IMG/VR virus record: IMGVR_UViG_3300028666_000024
Coordinates: 1-64,000 of that record
DNA length: 64,000 bases
Direction: 5' to 3' (one strand)
Source of the DNA: a virus
Lineage: Duplodnaviria > Heunggongvirae > Uroviricota > Caudoviricetes
The notes beneath the pieces were generated by a model that saw only the letters and a list, made by a program, of their open reading frames with translations, ran no database searches and had not been told where the DNA came from. A program made the position numbers and the translations under genes. The first letter of the stretch is position 1; each line of letters begins with the position of its first letter. Positions 26,913-36,021 of the stretch are shown here, one piece after another.

Positions 26913-27432
26913 ATCTCTCTTTCAATATTCCAATAGTTTTCAAAGCATCTTTATGAAGTATTCCAATCCCACCTGCTTCACGAAACTTTTCAATGTTGAA
27001 AGACATATCGTCAATTAGAATTGCTCTATCGTCAGCATATCTTTCCTTATCTTCATCAAAAATAAAAGGGATAGCAGGACCAAGATGATTAGTAACCCAA
27101 AGTTCTTTACCTTGATAACATTCTTCCATATCCTTTATTGGTTTTGAAAGAATGACAGGATGATACTTTTCAAGGAAGTTCCATAGTAATTTACCATCAG
27201 GCATCCAATTCATCTTTGACCAGAAATCTACACCACCCTTTTTAATTATATCAACAAAGATTTCTCTGCCGTATATCCGTTCATATTCACGAGGAGATTC
27301 ACATTCATAATTTGTAAGAGTTTGAAATTGTAAATTGAAATCACATATCACACCATCCATATCAAGATAGACTGTATGTCTTGTGTTAAAATAATAATCT
27401 CCGAACTTATTTGACTGTGCTATATCCATCAA
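26902..27432 (-). CDS. HAD-superfamily 5'(3')-deoxyribonucleotidase-like phosphatase
   Basis: Motif I VYLDMDGVICDF (DxDGV). Confidence 0.6.
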   Translation of the reverse strand: MMDIAQSNKFGDYYFNTRHTVYLDMDGVICDFNLQFQTLTNYECESPREYERIYGREIFVDIIKKGGVDFWSKMNWMPDGKLLWNFLEKYHPVILSKPIKDMEECYQGKELWVTNHLGPAIPFIFDEDKERYADDRAILIDDMSFNIEKFREAGGIGILHKDALKTIGILKERYGF

Positions 27433-27639
27433 TTATTCCCCTCCACAGGCATCATCCCAATCAGCCTGAAGTTCTCTATAAGTTTCTTCTGAATCAGAAC
27501 ATATATCATCATAACATGCCTGACAGATTCTTTCACCAACAAGAAAAATATTCAACTCTTCTCCCGGCAAAAGATTTACTTCAACACAACTATCACACTG
27601 AGAACATCTATATGACACTATAGATATATTATTTTCCAT
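27433..27639 (-). CDS. Cys-rich zinc-finger-like small protein
   Basis: CSQCDSC...CQAC; AAGGA RBS at the trimmed start. Confidence 0.45.
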   Translation of the reverse strand: MENNISIVSYRCSQCDSCVEVNLLPGEELNIFLVGERICQACYDDICSDSEETYRELQADWDDACGGE

Positions 27640-28048
27640 TTTTATTTCCTTTAACTTTGATAAATAAACTTCTTTTGTATTCAGATCTATGTTCTTCACA
27701 AAATTGTGGATATATAAAAACCCTTGGAAGAACTAAAATCTCAAACGTTTCGTTACATCCTTTAAGTTGACATGTCTGAATAATAACTTTAGGCTCTGAA
27801 AAGGAATGCTTTATTGTTTGATTAGGATTGTTATCAGTCTGTATCTTCCTCTTCAGATCATTCTTTTCTTTATCTATAACCTTTCTGTATACTGGTTTGC
27901 GGTGTTCATCACAAAATTTTCCCTTTGCTGTAGAATAAAATGTTTCTTCACAATCGGGGAATTGACAACTCTTTTTAAATTTTTTATAATGTGTTTTCTC
28001 TTCTGAATGTTTATTTGAAACTTTATTAAGACTAATAATTGTATTCAT
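27629..28048 (-). CDS. duplicated Cys/His zinc-binding motif protein (139 aa)
   Basis: CQFPDC..FCDEHR and CQLKGC..FCEEHR. Confidence 0.5.
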   Translation of the reverse strand: MNTIISLNKVSNKHSEEKTHYKKFKKSCQFPDCEETFYSTAKGKFCDEHRKPVYRKVIDKEKNDLKRKIQTDNNPNQTIKHSFSEPKVIIQTCQLKGCNETFEILVLPRVFIYPQFCEEHRSEYKRSLFIKVKGNKNGK

Positions 28049-28091
28049 TGATCTCCTGTTTAGCAGTCTGAAATTTAAAAATCTTTAAATC

Positions 28092-28334
28092 TTAATACAA
28101 TTCAATATTTTTACAATCTGTTTTAAAAATTTCTTTACAATTTTTTATTTTAAAACAAGTTTTACAAACTGATTCATCCCACTCTTTTCTAAACTGAGCG
28201 GCATTCTTTTGAACCCACTCCAACATATATTTATCTCCGGGATCTTCATGAATCCGCTCTCCCTCATAATACTTATCAAGTTCAATCTTATTCTTTTCAA
28301 CTTCATTAAAATTTCTAAACTCTCGTTCTGTCAT
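28092..28334 (-). CDS. hypothetical protein (~80 aa)
   Basis: GGAGG RBS at the trimmed start. Confidence 0.45.
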   Translation of the reverse strand: MTEREFRNFNEVEKNKIELDKYYEGERIHEDPGDKYMLEWVQKNAAQFRKEWDESVCKTCFKIKNCKEIFKTDCKNIELY

Positions 28335-28412
28335 GGCACTTATCCTCCACAACAACTATTTATGAAGTTTGTGTCAATTTATTAAATAATAGTTCTGGTA
28401 ATAGGATTTCTC

Positions 28413-28625
28413 CTAAACCATCACCTCCGGAACATAATTGTGTTTCTTATCCTTCTTGATATCATTCATCTTGATCCTCGACCATGTAACGGTATTTGCT
28501 GAAACATGACGACTCTTGTTGTGTTGCTTGCTAAGAGTTTGTCCCTTTATAATCTTCTTTGTTATTGAATGTCTCCTACCCTTGATATGTTTCTCTCTCC
28601 TTGCAACCTCTTGTAAATTTACCAC
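28413..28625 (-). CDS. small basic protein (70 aa)
   Basis: GTG start with a GAAGGAGG RBS; K/R/H-rich. Confidence 0.45.
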   Translation of the reverse strand: MVNLQEVARREKHIKGRRHSITKKIIKGQTLSKQHNKSRHVSANTVTWSRIKMNDIKKDKKHNYVPEVMV

Positions 28626-28669
28626 AACTCCTCCTTCGTAAGAATTTTTAAAGTGATTTGAAATTAATT

Positions 28670-28717
28670 TAAAATTGGTAGACTTTTTGAATTGAGATTA
28701 ACGTGACAGGTTATCGT
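28670..28717. repeat. Direct repeat, copy 1 (taaaattggtagactttttgaattgagattaacgtgacaggttatcgt)
   Basis: Copy 2 at 29081-29142 carries an internal 14-bp duplication; an inverted partial copy (aaaagtctacc) is at 29189-29199. Confidence 0.8.
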
Positions 28718-29028
28718 CCACCTCCTTTAATTAGTTTTCCACAAAATGGGCAAAACCTCATACCCTCAGTGTGTAGCAACTTTTCAAAAAGTCCATCGCA
28801 CGCGGTCCTATAAAAAGCAATATCCTTTACGGCAGTTAATTGCCACTCGCACACATCGACAGGAGCGAGGCGTGGACAACACTCCTGATTGTATTTGGCT
28901 GTTTTAGTATAATCAATGATGGTTTTGTTATCACTATTTCCGCACCGTAATTTTTTGCCTTGATGCTTATTTGCTATCCAATAGCACTGGTTTTTAAACT
29001 CCTCCCACTCCTCATTGACCCGAAGCAT
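28711..29028 (-). CDS. Cys-rich GC-rich protein (105 aa) flanked by ~47-bp direct repeats
   Basis: AAGGGG RBS; CPFCGK and several other Cys; GC higher than the surroundings. Confidence 0.5.
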   Translation of the reverse strand: MLRVNEEWEEFKNQCYWIANKHQGKKLRCGNSDNKTIIDYTKTAKYNQECCPRLAPVDVCEWQLTAVKDIAFYRTACDGLFEKLLHTEGMRFCPFCGKLIKGGGR

Positions 29029-29080
29029 CTTCTACCCCTTTCGCGAGTCGTTCAGCGGCAAGGCAGGCTGAACAACGATG

Positions 29081-29142
29081 AAAATTGGTAGACTTTTTGA
29101 ATTGAGATTAACGTGACATAATTAACGTGACAGGTTATCGTA
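29081..29142. repeat. Direct repeat, copy 2
   Basis: See copy 1. Confidence 0.8.
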
Positions 29143-29238
29143 GTTCACCTGCACAATGCTCCGTTGTGTTTCAATTCCAGTTACGTTTCTGTTTAAAAGT
29201 CTACCAAAAGATTTACTGTAAGTCTTTACTGTAAGTCT

Positions 29239-30081
29239 TTACTGCTTAACAGGAATCTGCAACATCATTCCACCACTAGAACCCTCAACCTGTGGTCGGG
29301 CACCATTCCACTTATCAATAGCTGCCCTCTGAATCTTGAGTTGTTCCCATTGAATAAGTTGTGGAGTAAGAGAAGAAGTAAGAATATTATTTGCTTTTGC
29401 TTCACCTTCTGCAATAGCAATCTTCTTCTGTGCCTCTGCCTGTGCCGTTATGATTTCATTCTGAACCTGTCCTGCCATTTGTGTAGCAGTAATCTTTGCG
29501 TTCAGAGCATTAACAACTTGCTCAGGAAGACGAAGAGCACCGATGAAACCGAACTGGACTATACTATCTCCGTATGTATTAATCTTATTGTTGATACGAA
29601 TAACTACAGAATCAAGTAGTTCTTCCTTCTTCGGCCCGTAAATTTCATCAACTGTATACTTTGAGGCAACATCCGAGAAAGCATCCCTTGCTACGTTATG
29701 CAGGAATCCATTTGTATACATAGTCAAATCATCACTTCGAAACTGCACATAGAAGGAAGGAATCTTTGACTTGATAAGTTGGTGACTGAGATTGATATCT
29801 GCATTAATCACCATACCTTCTTTGGAGTTGAAAGTAATATCCTCTCCTGATTCCTTTGTCCATACCGTTGTCTGAACAAAAGTTGGATATTCAACAATCT
29901 GTTTTGCAATTGGGTTGAACCAAATCCAACCTGTCTGCAAAGGAATCTGATCTGCTCCCCGATTGTCTCCGAGTTTGTTAATTACAATACCCTCATGTCC
30001 CGGCCCGATTGTGGTACAACCCGCGAAAAGAATTGCGGCGAACGAAAGAAGAACTGTAAGATTGATAAATCTCCGACTCAT
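29239..30081 (-). CDS. SPFH/band-7 (prohibitin/HflKC-like) lipoprotein
   Basis: Lipobox ILFAGC after a basic N-terminus; band-7 domain with a coiled-coil AQAEAQKKIAIAEGEAKA. Confidence 0.7.
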   Translation of the reverse strand: MSRRFINLTVLLSFAAILFAGCTTIGPGHEGIVINKLGDNRGADQIPLQTGWIWFNPIAKQIVEYPTFVQTTVWTKESGEDITFNSKEGMVINADINLSHQLIKSKIPSFYVQFRSDDLTMYTNGFLHNVARDAFSDVASKYTVDEIYGPKKEELLDSVVIRINNKINTYGDSIVQFGFIGALRLPEQVVNALNAKITATQMAGQVQNEIITAQAEAQKKIAIAEGEAKANNILTSSLTPQLIQWEQLKIQRAAIDKWNGARPQVEGSSGGMMLQIPVKQ

Positions 30082-30302
30082 ATTATAGAGTCTCCTTCTT
30101 AGTTGATGTGAAAACTTTGAGAGTAAATTTAAAAATCCATTCTGCTGAAAAAACTCCACCGATAATCAAAACAAAACCTATGATAAGTCCTATAATATTT
30201 GCTACCGTATTAGACATATCTGCAAGGTTTGCTCCAATCTGAAATACAACACCACCAACAAACAACCACACTAACCAAAGAGAAACAGCAACAACATTCA
30301 TA
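29870..30302. repeat. 433-bp direct repeat copy A (flanks the MTase insertion)
   Basis: Near-identical to 32180-32612. Confidence 0.85.
30083..30301 (-). CDS. small membrane protein (NfeD-like partner of SPFH), duplicated copy A, no RBS
   Basis: Identical to 32393..32611 except near the start, but lacks that copy's RBS. Confidence 0.4.
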   Translation of the reverse strand: MNVVAVSLWLVWLFVGGVVFQIGANLADMSNTVANIIGLIIGFVLIIGGVFSAEWIFKFTLKVFTSTKKETL

Positions 30303-30474
30303 TTGCCGAAAGGTTTTTGAGGGAAATTGATATTTGATTTCAGCATAAACATGTTTATCAAAAGGCTCACCCGCAGCGTGTCCAGATAGTGTCCCAGATA
30401 ATGGTTCTGGCACACTGGAATTTATTACAGCTCTTTTTAGGGCAGAATAATCTACGAACATTAAGAAGCTCTTT

Positions 30475-32091
30475 TCAGATAAATAATTTATCGAGGTTTA
30501 TTTGAATTTGTTCTAAGATGCTAATATCTTTTGATTCAATATACCTTTGTGTTAGTTTGGATATTAAATTATGCAATTCGACTTCAGCAGTTAAATCAAA
30601 ATTAATTTTTCTAAAGGGAATATTTGCTATTGGCTTTTCTGAAAATTCAACAATACTGCCTTTGACTATCCCATTGTGTCTTAACCAATCAAAAACATAT
30701 TTACTATTTAAAAATGCCAATATATAGAAAATACTTTCTTTCGTTTCTTCTTTTTTAAATATTGCTGTGACATCTTGAGTTGGAAAAATCCCTTTATTAA
30801 CCATAGCAAATCGAAAGTATTTTTTGCTGGAGATTCTTTCCTTGCACGGTACAAATATTCTTTCAACTTCTTTATTAAATAAATTAAAACTTCTTAAAAA
30901 TACCCATTCCCAATAATTAGCTTTTTGTTTGTACTGATAACGTTCATTTAAAAGTTTTTTATAAGGTTGCAATTGCTTATAAAAATTTGGAAACAATACC
31001 TGAAATTGTTCTTCCGTAAGAAGCTCATCTTTTATAAAAAGGTAATTAGTAATTTCATTGTGGTAAAAGGGAACAAGATTTTTTGCTTTTACAACTTTTA
31101 AAATATGTTTATTTTCATTTTCATTTAAATCAAAATTGCTTATCTGAAATGCTTTATCTAAACCGCTAACCATACCATTTCCAATATCACAAAATTCTTT
31201 AATCAAATACAATTCATGGGAATTTGGATTCGCAGTTTTTTCTTCAAAAAGACTGAGAACTTCGGTTAAATTTGAATTAATATTTGGTTTTTTACATTTT
31301 TCTTCAAAAAGAGTGAGTTCCTTTATTATGTCTGCATGAGCGAGTATCCAATTTTGATTTTTCTCAAATTGTGGAATATTAAGATATTCAGTCTTTTCTT
31401 GCTGCACTCTTCCTTTTAGGTTAATCAAAATGCTATTATTCAACTTTTGAGTTGAATAATATTTTGCTATCTTTATTTTATTGTTTTTTATGTTTTGTGA
31501 TTTAACAAATTTAAATATAATTGTTGATACAGCTGCATTCTCAAAAATAGGAGTTTCGTTAAAGTGGTAAATATCCACAAAATAACCTTTTTTTATCATA
31601 TAATTGCGGAGCGTTATTGAATTTGTTGTATTTAGCCAATATTCAGGCGTAATAAAAATCAATTGCCCATTTTCCTTTAATAATTCTATGGATTTAATTA
31701 TAAATATTGAAGAGTAATCACATAGGGAATTGCAATATTTATTCCATAAAATATTATTTGATAATTCATCTTTTAATTCTGTTTCAAGATTTTTCCAGCG
31801 GATATACGGAGGATTTCCTATAATAAGATCAAATTTATTTTCAATATCATCTGAGATAAAACTCCGATTTTTAACAAAGCTTATGTAAGAGGGCTTGATG
31901 ATTGATTTATCTATCTCATAGGCAGTTATATTATTAAATCCTTTTTCTTTTATGATGTCCAAAAAAACACCTTCACCACAGCAAGGCTCAAGTATTTTAG
32001 AATCTTTATCTAATTCAGCTAAAGAAACCATAAATCGTGCAACAATTTCTGGAGTCATATATTGACCAAACCTATTTTTATCATTAGCCAT
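30475..32091 (-). CDS. N6-adenine DNA methyltransferase (gamma-class, NPPY)
   Basis: Motif I ILEPCCGEGVF and motif IV IIGNPPYIRW; C-terminal target-recognition region. Confidence 0.75.
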   Translation of the reverse strand: MANDKNRFGQYMTPEIVARFMVSLAELDKDSKILEPCCGEGVFLDIIKEKGFNNITAYEIDKSIIKPSYISFVKNRSFISDDIENKFDLIIGNPPYIRWKNLETELKDELSNNILWNKYCNSLCDYSSIFIIKSIELLKENGQLIFITPEYWLNTTNSITLRNYMIKKGYFVDIYHFNETPIFENAAVSTIIFKFVKSQNIKNNKIKIAKYYSTQKLNNSILINLKGRVQQEKTEYLNIPQFEKNQNWILAHADIIKELTLFEEKCKKPNINSNLTEVLSLFEEKTANPNSHELYLIKEFCDIGNGMVSGLDKAFQISNFDLNENENKHILKVVKAKNLVPFYHNEITNYLFIKDELLTEEQFQVLFPNFYKQLQPYKKLLNERYQYKQKANYWEWVFLRSFNLFNKEVERIFVPCKERISSKKYFRFAMVNKGIFPTQDVTAIFKKEETKESIFYILAFLNSKYVFDWLRHNGIVKGSIVEFSEKPIANIPFRKINFDLTAEVELHNLISKLTQRYIESKDISILEQIQINLDKLFI

Positions 32092-32169
32092 ATTTTATCC
32101 AATTTAAGAAATTATATTTAATGGACATACGAGTCTTTTATAAATGATCTCAATGCCTAAACCATTAAA

Positions 32170-32469
32170 TTATTCTAAGGTCTGAACAAAAGTTGGATAT
32201 TCAACAATCTGTTTTGCAATTGGGTTGAACCAAATCCAACCTGTCTGCAAAGGAATCTGATCTGCTCCCCGATTGTCTCCGAGTTTGTTAATTACAATAC
32301 CCTCATGTCCCGGCCCGATTGTGGTACAACCCGCGAAAAGAATTGCGGCGAACGAAAGAAGAACTGTAAGATTGATAAATCTCCGACTCATATTATAGAG
32401 TCTCCTTCTTAGTTGATGTGAAAACTTTGAGAGTAAATTTAAAAATCCATTCTGCTGAAAAAACTCCAC
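32170..32469 (-). pseudogene. truncated 5' fragment of the SPFH gene (first ~97 codons), duplicated copy B
   Basis: Identical to the N-terminus of 29239..30159, then diverges and stops. Confidence 0.7.
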
Positions 32470-32612
32470 CGATAATCAAAACAAAACCTATGATAAGTCC
32501 TATAATATTTGCTACCGTATTAGACATATCTGCAAGGTTTGCTCCAATCTGAAATACAACACCACCAACAAACAACCACACTAACCAAAGAGAAACAGCA
32601 ACAACCTTCATA
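32180..32612. repeat. 433-bp direct repeat copy B
   Basis: See copy A. Confidence 0.85.
32393..32611 (-). CDS. small membrane protein (72 aa), copy B with AAGGAG RBS
   Basis: RBS AACAAGAAGGAGTATCAAT-ATG. Confidence 0.55.
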   Translation of the reverse strand: MKVVAVSLWLVWLFVGGVVFQIGANLADMSNTVANIIGLIIGFVLIIGGVFSAEWIFKFTLKVFTSTKKETL

Positions 32613-32628
32613 TTGATACTCCTTCTTG

Positions 32629-33084
32629 TTAATAGTTTAGTCCGTTAAAATATTTTGCAAACAATTTCAAACTATTTTTAATCTTTTCCAAATCTCTCTT
32701 TTGGAATTCTTTATACTTTTCATAACCAAAATTTTCAAGATTATCAATTATATTTTCAGTTTCTTTTGACAAATAATCATTACAAACCATTTCAAATCCT
32801 TCAATGATTATTTCTAAATCTCTTTTAAAAATATTTATCCCTTCTTTATAATTATCTGTTCCTACCGATACAGGAGGATAGGACTGAGTAATTTTTTTAA
32901 AATATTTCAGACGAGGTATAATAAACTTTGCTATTGTTCTATCCAAATTCCAAACCTCAACATCAGAATATCCTCTTGTTATCTTTTGAAATATCTGCTT
33001 GCAATTAAATAAAGTTAAGTGCCAACGAAACAACCGATAGATCCAGTAATAAATATTTAAAATTGATTTAAAGAAGTTTTTCAT
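32629..33084 (-). CDS. hypothetical protein (151 aa)
   Basis: ORF. Confidence 0.5.
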   Translation of the reverse strand: MKNFFKSILNIYYWIYRLFRWHLTLFNCKQIFQKITRGYSDVEVWNLDRTIAKFIIPRLKYFKKITQSYPPVSVGTDNYKEGINIFKRDLEIIIEGFEMVCNDYLSKETENIIDNLENFGYEKYKEFQKRDLEKIKNSLKLFAKYFNGLNY

Positions 33085-33086
33085 CT

Positions 33087-33557
33087 TTAGAAAACTTTAT
33101 ACTCTCTTTCCAGAATTTTGATTGCATATTCTACTTCTTTATCACCAAGACCTAACATATCGTTACAAAGAACAAGTCTATCCATCAGATGAGCCATATC
33201 CGAACAATCATCAAGAATAACGAAGGAAGTTATCTTTTGATTTGTTACATATTCAAATTTTGGTTTATCGATGAATGCTTGAATCTCATATCCCCTATCA
33301 ATATTACTTTTGAATACAGGAGTTATGCCAACAACCTTTCCTTTGAAACCCTGAAGCGCGAGAAATCTATGCATTACTCTTGCAGATATTTCTTTTCTCC
33401 AATCACTTGAAAGAACAACAACTGCTCCTGTTGCTTCTATAATTTTGTTTAATTTCTCAACATGATACCGGGAGGGAATATCATGAAATTGATCCTGTGT
33501 ATCATCAGGGATAGCATTCATCACACCATCTATATCAAGGAATATTATTTTACACAT
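33087..33557 (-). CDS. HAD-superfamily phosphatase (156 aa)
   Basis: Motif I IIFLDIDGVMN. Confidence 0.55.
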   Translation of the reverse strand: MCKIIFLDIDGVMNAIPDDTQDQFHDIPSRYHVEKLNKIIEATGAVVVLSSDWRKEISARVMHRFLALQGFKGKVVGITPVFKSNIDRGYEIQAFIDKPKFEYVTNQKITSFVILDDCSDMAHLMDRLVLCNDMLGLGDKEVEYAIKILEREYKVF

Positions 33558-33585
33558 TTTTAAATTTTCTCCTTTTAAAACTATT

Positions 33586-33786
33586 TCAATTTTTCAAAAC
33601 TAATTTAAAATTTTCACCATCTTTTTCAAGTTCTGTTGCCGCATACAAATGAACAACTTCACCCTTCTCCGTTATGCAATATGAATACATTCCATCTATA
33701 TGTTCAAAAATTATAAAGGTTGAACCATCAGACACTTCACAATTAATTCTTGAACCTTTTTTCAAATCACAAAGCAACATTTTTAA
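33586..33786 (-). CDS. hypothetical small protein
   Basis: AAGGAG RBS before the internal ATG. Confidence 0.35.
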   Translation of the reverse strand, partial: LKMLLCDLKKGSRINCEVSDGSTFIIFEHIDGMYSYCITEKGEVVHLYAATELEKDGENFKLVLKN

Positions 33787-33982
33787 TTCTCCTTGCATAT
33801 AAATATCCAACGGTGAAGAACCAAAGAAAATCTACCTGAGATACTATTACTGTATTAGATGTAGCATATGATGAATACCAGAATTTTTTCCTCGGATAAG
33901 GTTGTAATCCTATAATTAAAATTAGATACTTTATTTTTATTGTTAGAATTGAACCTTTGATTTTTACTTTCATGTCATTCAA
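33767..33982 (-). CDS. hypothetical small hydrophobic protein
   Basis: ORF. Confidence 0.25.
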   Translation of the reverse strand: MNDMKVKIKGSILTIKIKYLILIIGLQPYPRKKFWYSSYATSNTVIVSQVDFLWFFTVGYLYARRIKNVAL

Positions 33983-34019
33983 AATATATCATGGCAAAAT
34001 GAAAGTCAAGATATTTAAT

Positions 34020-34751
34020 TTATAAATTTTTCAAATCATTTATGAAAAGTTTATAACACTCTTTCCAAGTTTCAAACTGCTTTATATCAGAGAAGTCAAC
34101 AGGAGATTGAATGTTATTTTCATCTATATAAATAACATTACATCCACACAAATAGGCTTCATATGTAAGAACAGTTAATTTATCAAAAGTGTATAAAATA
34201 TTTGTTTGATTTAAAAATTCTGCCAAAGATATTCTTGTTGCAGGGAAATCTTTTGTTATCTCAATTGTGTTAGGTTGAAATATTATTGGTTTATTTCTTT
34301 TTTCGAGAATTGCCTTATAAACCCAACAAGCATTATAAAGTCGGGTTTTATTATAATTTTTAAAAAAACTTTCTGTCGTTGGAATTGCTAAATATTTTCC
34401 TGAACTTAAATAAGAATGTTTTAAATTATAAGCAATTGTATATTCATTTGTTCCAAAATCTTTCAAAGTTAAATTAAAAAATTCAGGAACATTTAATAAA
34501 TATCTTACAACTTTATTAGCTTGTAAAGGATTTCCTTTTATATTTTCACAATAGATTACAATATCATTTTTACCAATTACTCTGTTTTTTATATAATGAT
34601 CTATAAACCCATGTGTGAGAATAATACAGTCGAACCCACTCCGTATAAGAAGATTTTGAAGTTTATAAAGAACTCTTGTGCCATTACTCAGATGTGTATA
34701 TGGATATGCCAAAATAAAAACCTTAAAGGTATTATCTTGTATCATATTCAA
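34020..34751 (-). CDS. hypothetical protein (243 aa)
   Basis: ORF. Confidence 0.5.
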   Translation of the reverse strand: MNMIQDNTFKVFILAYPYTHLSNGTRVLYKLQNLLIRSGFDCIILTHGFIDHYIKNRVIGKNDIVIYCENIKGNPLQANKVVRYLLNVPEFFNLTLKDFGTNEYTIAYNLKHSYLSSGKYLAIPTTESFFKNYNKTRLYNACWVYKAILEKRNKPIIFQPNTIEITKDFPATRISLAEFLNQTNILYTFDKLTVLTYEAYLCGCNVIYIDENNIQSPVDFSDIKQFETWKECYKLFINDLKNL

Positions 34752-34770
34752 AGTTTGATTTGTATCATTG

Positions 34771-35394
34771 TCAAGATACTCCGTTGATTAAATCCTCAAT
34801 AGAACACATACTGCTTATCTTTGTTTGAGCATATAACAATAGCAGTGTATTATTTAAAGATTTATCAACCATCTCTTCAGGATAGAAGGCAGGTTTGATA
34901 TAGGTCATGGTTCCTTTTTCTTTGTCAATATATACTGAGGGATCAAGGATTTTCCATAGACCGACAGGCATCTTCTTCATAACAAAAATTCTCAACTCTT
35001 TAGAATCATTACAAACGAAGATTGCAGCTTTTGCAGAGGCTTCCTTATACTTAACATGGATTGTATAGAGAGAATACTTGCTTTTGGTTTTTAATTCGAA
35101 GGCAATACTATAATCATCTTTGTCACGGTCTTTGCAATATTGCTGAACATAATCCAAAACATCTATCAAATTCATTTCATATTCTATTGTTTGTGAATAC
35201 CAAACACACATCAGTTCTTCATATATCCCTGCCTGTGATGGATCTCTTTCCAAACCATATTCCATGATAAGTCTAATCTGTTGAAAGATTTCTTCTTTGA
35301 ACTTTCCACCGGCCTGCACCAAATCTTTAATAGGATTTTCACTCTCATAATCCGGAAGGTCTGGTGCTTCATAACTATTTTCAAAATCAGACAT
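34771..35394 (-). CDS. hypothetical protein (207 aa)
   Basis: ORF. Confidence 0.5.
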   Translation of the reverse strand: MSDFENSYEAPDLPDYESENPIKDLVQAGGKFKEEIFQQIRLIMEYGLERDPSQAGIYEELMCVWYSQTIEYEMNLIDVLDYVQQYCKDRDKDDYSIAFELKTKSKYSLYTIHVKYKEASAKAAIFVCNDSKELRIFVMKKMPVGLWKILDPSVYIDKEKGTMTYIKPAFYPEEMVDKSLNNTLLLLYAQTKISSMCSIEDLINGVS

Positions 35395-35519
35395 TTGAAA
35401 GTTCCTTTGTTAAATTCTTTAAGAATTTTTATAAATTGAAAAAACTTTCCAAAGTTTTAAATTCATTTTGTAAATCCTTTAAAAGAAATGTCGGGAACGA
35501 TGCTTTATACCAACATCAA

Positions 35520-35598
35520 TGGCAGTGCCGATGGGATTTCAACCCACGATAACCACAGTGACAGTGTGGTGCATTAAAGCAGACTATGCTACGGCACT
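35520..35598 (-). tRNA. tRNA-Asp (GTC), CCA encoded
   Basis: Hand-folded: acceptor AGTGCCG/CGGCACT, anticodon stem CCACA/TGTGG, loop CTGTCAC, T-arm GTGGG-TTGAAAT-CCCAT. Confidence 0.7.
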
Positions 35599-35612
35599 AA
35601 ATTTAAAATTGG

Positions 35613-35686
35613 CTGGCAAGGCAGGGATCGAACCTGCGACAACCAAATTAACAGTTTGGTGTTCATACCAACTGAACTACTTGCCA
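35613..35686 (-). tRNA. tRNA-Asn (GTT)
   Basis: Acceptor TGGCAAG/CTTGCCA, D GTTC/GAAC, anticodon loop CTGTTAA, T-arm GCAGG-TTCGATC-CCTGC. Confidence 0.7.
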
Positions 35687-35689
35687 ATA

Positions 35690-35764
35690 TCTAACTGACA
35701 GGATTTGAACCTGTGTTGACTTGCTCCCAAAGCAAGTGCCTCAACCAAACTAGGCTACAGTTAG
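35690..35764 (-). tRNA. tRNA-Pro (TGG)
   Basis: Acceptor CTAACTG/CAGTTAG, D GCCT/AGGC, anticodon loop TTTGGGA, T-arm ACAGG-TTCAAAT-CCTGT. Confidence 0.7.
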
Positions 35765-35770
35765 TTTATA

Positions 35771-35844
35771 TAGCGGGAGTCAGATTCGAACTGACGATAG
35801 GGAGCTTATGAGGCTCCTGTCTTAGACCACTAGACAACCCCGCA
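35771..35844 (-). tRNA. tRNA-Met or Ile2 (CAT) with a 1:72 mismatch
   Basis: Anticodon loop CTCATAA, D GTCT/AGAC, T-arm GTCAG-TTCGAAT-CTGAC; position 1 T and 72 T are unpaired. Confidence 0.6.
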
Positions 35845-35857
35845 GTCAATATCAAAA

Positions 35858-35934
35858 TGGAGCAGCAAGTGGGATTTCAACCCACGTAATTTCGCTTGGA
35901 AGGCGAACACATGAAGCATCTATGTTATTGCTGC
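35858..35934 (-). tRNA. tRNA-Gly (TCC), CCA encoded
   Basis: Acceptor GCAGCAA/TTGCTGC, anticodon loop CTTCCAA, T-arm GTGGG-TTGAAAT-CCCAC. Confidence 0.65.
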
Positions 35935-36021
35935 AATTTCAAATTTATTTCAAATCCCTTTTAAAATAATTCATGGGAATATCAAAGTCAAGTCTTTTAT
36001 TCTCATTCAATAGTTTTTCTT

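Noticed and set aside
28413-28625. Phage-encoded ribosomal protein bL28-like (weak resemblance of KSRHVSANT to the L28 RSHALNAT block)
   Set aside because: The similarity is too weak and short to call without a profile search; I kept it as a small basic protein.
30210-30461. 83-aa minus ORF at the methyltransferase insertion junction
   Set aside because: It mostly overlaps the membrane-protein gene out of frame. Only its first ~40 codons, in the unique junction, could be real; that is unresolvable here.
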